Of a DNA stretch of 64,000 bases, positions 60,297 through 64,000 are shown one piece after another. A program made the translations under genes and the position numbers. Under the pieces are notes generated by a model. The model was given only the letters and a program-made list of their open reading frames with translations, was not told the origin of the DNA and did not search any database. Source of the stretch: a virus; IMG/VR virus record IMGVR_UViG_3300035698_005399, positions 19,495 to 83,494 of that record. One strand, 5' to 3'. Position 1 is the stretch's first letter; every line of letters begins with the position of its first letter.

Positions 60297-61734
60297 TGTT
60301 CATCTCTTTTAAAAATTTGTCCAGACTATAATTATTCAATATTTCTTCAAATGTATAATCTTTAACTAGTTCTCCAGTATCAAAAACAGTTTCAAGAGTA
60401 TCCTTATATCCATCATAAGCTAGGTCCATGTGATTGACTGTCATGTAATTAGTTAATTTATTACTGGTATACCCAGGTACTAACTTCATTTGACCAGTTT
60501 TACTTTTTTTACCGCTTGATGTTACAGGATTCTTTTGAATATTAATTGGTCCATCTGAATATTCAGCATAAGACGCTTTAATAGCAAAAGAGATATCATC
60601 CCTTGTGTGTTCTCTCAATAAACCTCCTCCAGAACCTACTACGATATTTGCAGCAGACCAACCATCATTGCAGACAGCTTTATATAATTCTGTAATACTA
60701 TTAATATTCATGCCATCTCCTTGAATAAGACCCACATTGTGATTTATAACTTTATATCCGTTATGAAAAATATATCCAAAAACTTCCGCTAATATAGGCA
60801 ATAAAGTGAGATTAACTTCAATAGGATTGCCGCTGTCTGGACGTAGTACAAATCTACCTGTTCTAGCAATAATTTTACTTTTCACCTCTTCGTGACCTAA
60901 TACGTTACGTGCGAAATTATATATATCGTAACTGTCACCTACACAACTGATGATGGCATCATCTGGTGTTACATCTAATAAATGTAACACATATTCAACT
61001 TCCTTATCTGGTCCAAAGGATGTGGGCACACTATGCTCAGAAGCTAATACAGATATTAGTCGGGGATGATTCTTATGATAATAAATATCTAAAGCTCTAT
61101 CTCCAACTGTTGTATCTGAACCATACCCATTAAGCAATTGTGCTGCTCCACCTCTATATGCTTCTTGAAAGCAACTTGTTCCTCTGAAACCAAAATCATT
61201 AATTGCATACATCAACATATCCAATGCATTAGAATCCCTATAATAAGGATAAATATTCTTTAAGATATGTAATCCATGCGTCGCTACTACGATAGGATAC
61301 CACGTATGTGTAATTAAAGTCTCCATACTATTCAGCAAAGGTGCGAACAAAGGGTCCAGACTTTCCATAGTGAAAAGCACATTAGACTTGTTTACAATCT
61401 TTCCTTCTGGTACAGCCTTAATTTTCATAGGCAATTTCCCATCATATCGTTTGAGAATTTCAACCCAAGCAGTTTTATTGAAATAGTTGTAATCTTTTCC
61501 AAACCAAAAACTTGCATATCGTTCTGCTTCTTCAATCTTCTCTAAAGTTATTACTTGTCCTACAAAGTGATCTTTTAAGACCATCTGTAATCCAAAAAAA
61601 GTAATCCAGTCGTATTTTGAACCTGTTCTAGCTTCGCCATAACTGTACATCTTTTGCAAATTACTTAGATGCTGTTTCCAGTGAGTAAGTTTATAAGCAT
61701 CTGTATCTATAATAATATTTTCTTGTAATATCAT
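60289..61734 (-). CDS. nadV: Nicotinamide phosphoribosyltransferase (NAMPT)
   Basis: DTDAYK..H..Q, DFG.RG, ASEHS, DSYD, RPDSG, IQGDG, GSGGGLL and K.SK.G. Confidence 0.9.
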   Translation of the reverse strand: MILQENIIIDTDAYKLTHWKQHLSNLQKMYSYGEARTGSKYDWITFFGLQMVLKDHFVGQVITLEKIEEAERYASFWFGKDYNYFNKTAWVEILKRYDGKLPMKIKAVPEGKIVNKSNVLFTMESLDPLFAPLLNSMETLITHTWYPIVVATHGLHILKNIYPYYRDSNALDMLMYAINDFGFRGTSCFQEAYRGGAAQLLNGYGSDTTVGDRALDIYYHKNHPRLISVLASEHSVPTSFGPDKEVEYVLHLLDVTPDDAIISCVGDSYDIYNFARNVLGHEEVKSKIIARTGRFVLRPDSGNPIEVNLTLLPILAEVFGYIFHNGYKVINHNVGLIQGDGMNINSITELYKAVCNDGWSAANIVVGSGGGLLREHTRDDISFAIKASYAEYSDGPINIQKNPVTSSGKKSKTGQMKLVPGYTSNKLTNYMTVNHMDLAYDGYKDTLETVFDTGELVKDYTFEEILNNYSLDKFLKEMNNE

Positions 61735-62231
61735 CGTGTTAATCTATAAATATCTCTTTCTTTAATTGCCCGCTTCATTAAAATTTCATGATTGGGAATT
61801 AACTTGCCTATCGAATTATAAGGTCTACGAGGAATTAAATATGAGCCATCAGTATTAAATTCAAATTCTTCAAGTTTATCTAAATCATCAAATGCAGTAG
61901 GAGTTCCAACAAAACGCCCACACATAAATACATGAGTAATCATTGAATGTGGAGTGTCTCTATATCTACTATCATCAATACGCATATTAAATGCATATCT
62001 TAGGTCAGTAGCATGACATCCAGTTTCTTCAAAGAATTCTCTATACGCTGCTTCTTCAATAGAAACATCTTCGGGATCAACAAATCCACCAGGAAATCTT
62101 CGAAGATTACCATCTTCTTTCTTTTGACCAAGTAAAATTTTACCATCCCTAATGCAAATAATATCTACTGTATTAAAAGCAGTAGGAAATTTGACAAAAT
62201 GATCTGGATTTGTTATAATATTACTGTTCAT
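61731..62231 (-). CDS. NUDIX hydrolase (ADP-ribose pyrophosphatase-like)
   Basis: Nudix box GGFVD...SIEEAAYREFFEETG, plus TVD and D.R. Confidence 0.85.
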   Translation of the reverse strand: MNSNIITNPDHFVKFPTAFNTVDIICIRDGKILLGQKKEDGNLRRFPGGFVDPEDVSIEEAAYREFFEETGCHATDLRYAFNMRIDDSRYRDTPHSMITHVFMCGRFVGTPTAFDDLDKLEEFEFNTDGSYLIPRRPYNSIGKLIPNHEILMKRAIKERDIYRLTR

Positions 62232-63387
62232 AGTTAAAATCTAATTTTTCTGTAGTACTAGTTTCACACCCACTAATGTATTTAGTACATTCCTCATAGG
62301 ATTTAGCACAACTACAAGGATTGCTTCTTTCTTCTGTAGAACTTTTACCATCTCTAGTAAATACAATAGTGGTAAGTTTTTTAAAATGTTCATCAGAAAT
62401 CTTCTCCCTGACATCTTCGCCCATAACAAATACAGGTGTAAAATCAAGAATTCTTTCTTTAAACATGGTGTGGTTATTCATAAACATTGAAGAATCTGTT
62501 ACCATAATATAATCTGCGTCTGCAGTATTACGTAACATATTAATTCGTTTATGGATTTCGGCCACGCTAAGTTTTGCTTTATCGTAATTATAAATACTCA
62601 ATAACAATACTGTAATATTTTCTTCAGATACATCGTCTAATACTTTAGCATGTCCTGAATGCCAAGGATTAAAGCTACCTTTGTATACTACAGCCTTAGT
62701 AGTACCACGCAAAGCCTCTTCCATTCTAACAAACTTGTTTTGCTTTACATCAAATGTTACAAAAGAATGTGTTAGATTCTTAAACATTAATTCAAAGTCA
62801 ACTGTTAATTCGGGCTCACCATAATTGAAATTACCAGTATAAGCCATGTCAACATATCCTAAAATAGTATCAGAATTACCAGTAATCATGTAATGGAGCA
62901 ATCCCAAATGGTAATAGCTTGCATTAGCTGCACCAAATACTCGATCTGCTTTAATGTTACGACTAACACCAGTATTGACATAAGGTGGTGCTGTTACATG
63001 AAACAATCCAATACGTTCTTTGTAATAGATACAAATCCATCCATGATTAGCTACACCACGTCCTACTTGCCATGATGCCGCAAAACATAAATTTTCATCT
63101 TTAATTCTTGCAAAATTAAATTTATCGGTATACCACTTACCTACGAGACGCATAACTCTTTCATCTGAAACAGAACGAACTATTTTATCAGATGGTACTT
63201 CGTGTTCTTGGCGGTCCTTACCATAGTAACTTATATATTGTGCAATAGTCTTACTTGCTCCAGGCTCACTCCACAAGGCTCTATAGAGCCCCATGTCTGT
63301 ACCTAAATCATAGAAGCTACCATATGCATCCGAGTTATGGATTTGTTGTATAAGTTCTGATTCGATTAAGTTATTGGGATTATCCAT
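62221..63387 (-). CDS. Nucleotidyltransferase (NMN adenylyltransferase-like) with CinA-like N-terminal domain
   Basis: C-terminal GSFNPWHSGH (HxGH), LS..N.DK..L...R and FVMG.D; N-terminal PGAS.T...Y motif. Confidence 0.7.
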   Translation of the reverse strand: MDNPNNLIESELIQQIHNSDAYGSFYDLGTDMGLYRALWSEPGASKTIAQYISYYGKDRQEHEVPSDKIVRSVSDERVMRLVGKWYTDKFNFARIKDENLCFAASWQVGRGVANHGWICIYYKERIGLFHVTAPPYVNTGVSRNIKADRVFGAANASYYHLGLLHYMITGNSDTILGYVDMAYTGNFNYGEPELTVDFELMFKNLTHSFVTFDVKQNKFVRMEEALRGTTKAVVYKGSFNPWHSGHAKVLDDVSEENITVLLLSIYNYDKAKLSVAEIHKRINMLRNTADADYIMVTDSSMFMNNHTMFKERILDFTPVFVMGEDVREKISDEHFKKLTTIVFTRDGKSSTEERSNPCSCAKSYEECTKYISGCETSTTEKLDFNYEQ

Positions 63388-63601
63388 ATATTTTAATTGT
63401 TATTGGTTGTAATTTAAAAAATCCAGGGTACTTTGTAAATTCATCATTGGTTATTTTATTTGCGATTTCTTCAGCAGCTAATAAATCATTTGTCCTTATA
63501 TAAGATCCACCACTAAAACCAATTCTGTCTTCTGATCGCATTAGCTTATATAAATTTAGTGTTTCAATAATCATAATTCTAATATTTAGTTTGGGGTACA
63601 A
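63380..63601 (-). CDS. Hypothetical protein
   Basis: 73-aa ORF, start uncertain. Confidence 0.45.
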   Translation of the reverse strand: MYPKLNIRIMIIETLNLYKLMRSEDRIGFSGGSYIRTNDLLAAEEIANKITNDEFTKYPGFFKLQPITIKIYG

Positions 63602-63607
63602 GGCTAG

Positions 63608-63901
63608 TTATTCCTCATAATTATCTTTAGTCAAAAATTCAACAAAAGAATCTAATTCTTTGTGGGCCAATACAATGTCACATACAGGTAAATCTCCATG
63701 TACCAACACGTAAATTGCATCTTTAATCCGTTTCCAAACGTTGTGTCTATTGCCACCAAGATAACTAATATAGACCTCATTTCTTTTATTATAGGTTACT
63801 GTTTGGACCAGCACCCCTTCAGTACCACAATCACATAGAAAAAACTTATTCCTTATTTGTATTTTTTTTTTTTTTTTTTTTAAGATATTTTGTTTTAGCA
63901 T
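63608..63901 (-). CDS. Hypothetical protein (CDC motif), start uncertain because of the poly-A run
   Basis: 97-aa ORF containing an A20 tract near its 5' end. Confidence 0.45.
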   Translation of the reverse strand: MLKQNILKKKKKKIQIRNKFFLCDCGTEGVLVQTVTYNKRNEVYISYLGGNRHNVWKRIKDAIYVLVHGDLPVCDIVLAHKELDSFVEFLTKDNYEE

Positions 63902-63998
63902 TAACCATACCAGGATAATTTTTATAAGCTATTTTACTTAAATTATACTTGCCAGTATCAACATTCATAATAAAAGCATTACCTTTATTACCATAACC
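63846..63998 (-). CDS. 3' end of a hypothetical ORF running off the window
   Basis: Manual translation: ...GYGNKGNAFIMNVDTGKYNLSKIAYKNYPGMVNAKTKYLKKKKKKNTNKE*. Confidence 0.45.
   Translation of the reverse strand, partial: GYGNKGNAFIMNVDTGKYNLSKIAYKNYPGMVNAKTKYLKKKKKKNTNKE
63862..63881. repeat. T20 homopolymer (A20 on the coding strand)
   Basis: Counted directly. Confidence 0.85.
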
Positions 63999-64000
63999 AG

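Noticed and set aside
60289-61734. NARP1-type pathway (Namat + Adps)
   Set aside because: No PRPP-synthetase-like partner in the window; the neighbours fit NAMPT + NMNAT. A partner beyond the right edge cannot be excluded.
1-64000. Alternative genetic code (TAG/TGA recoding seen in some crAss-like phages)
   Set aside because: Long genes, including the 4933-aa ORF, are intact under code 11, and TAG/TGA act as stops at tightly packed junctions (e.g. 50700, 5380, 56276).
1-64000. tRNA, rRNA, integrase, transposase or reverse transcriptase/DGR
   Set aside because: Intergenic gaps are almost all too short, and no such motifs were recognised.

Overview
AT-rich, gene-dense fragment of a crAss-like (Crassvirales-type, probably Bacteroidota-infecting) lytic phage genome in the standard genetic code, with two convergent blocks. 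The + strand (1-37114) carries virion genes: tail fibres, a G8/beta-helix protein and a clan GH-A glycosidase, a holin-like / stand-alone PAS / 3TM-holin cassette, a PD-(D/E)XK nuclease, ring/IHF/tail-tube/muzzle proteins, internal cargo proteins (one with a GH19 domain) and a 4933-aa virion RNA polymerase with a zincin motif. The - strand (37129-64000) carries replication and nucleotide genes: class II RNR, resolvase, UDG, primase, SSB-like, Sak4-like ATPase, DnaB-like and SF2 helicases, dUTPase, ThyX, a split family-B DNA polymerase and an NAD+ salvage cluster. The strongest candidate for an under-described system is a compact phage-encoded ubiquitin-like conjugation operon (Ubl - small protein - E2-like - JAB - E1/ThiF, 43340-46901). 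Other notable signals are an in-frame U_UUA_AAC slippery site at the polB split, a PAS sensor inside the lysis cassette, repeated DDYLP motifs bracketing the RNAP core, and a UDG lacking its catalytic Asp. All assignments come from motif recognition by eye; no database searches were run.
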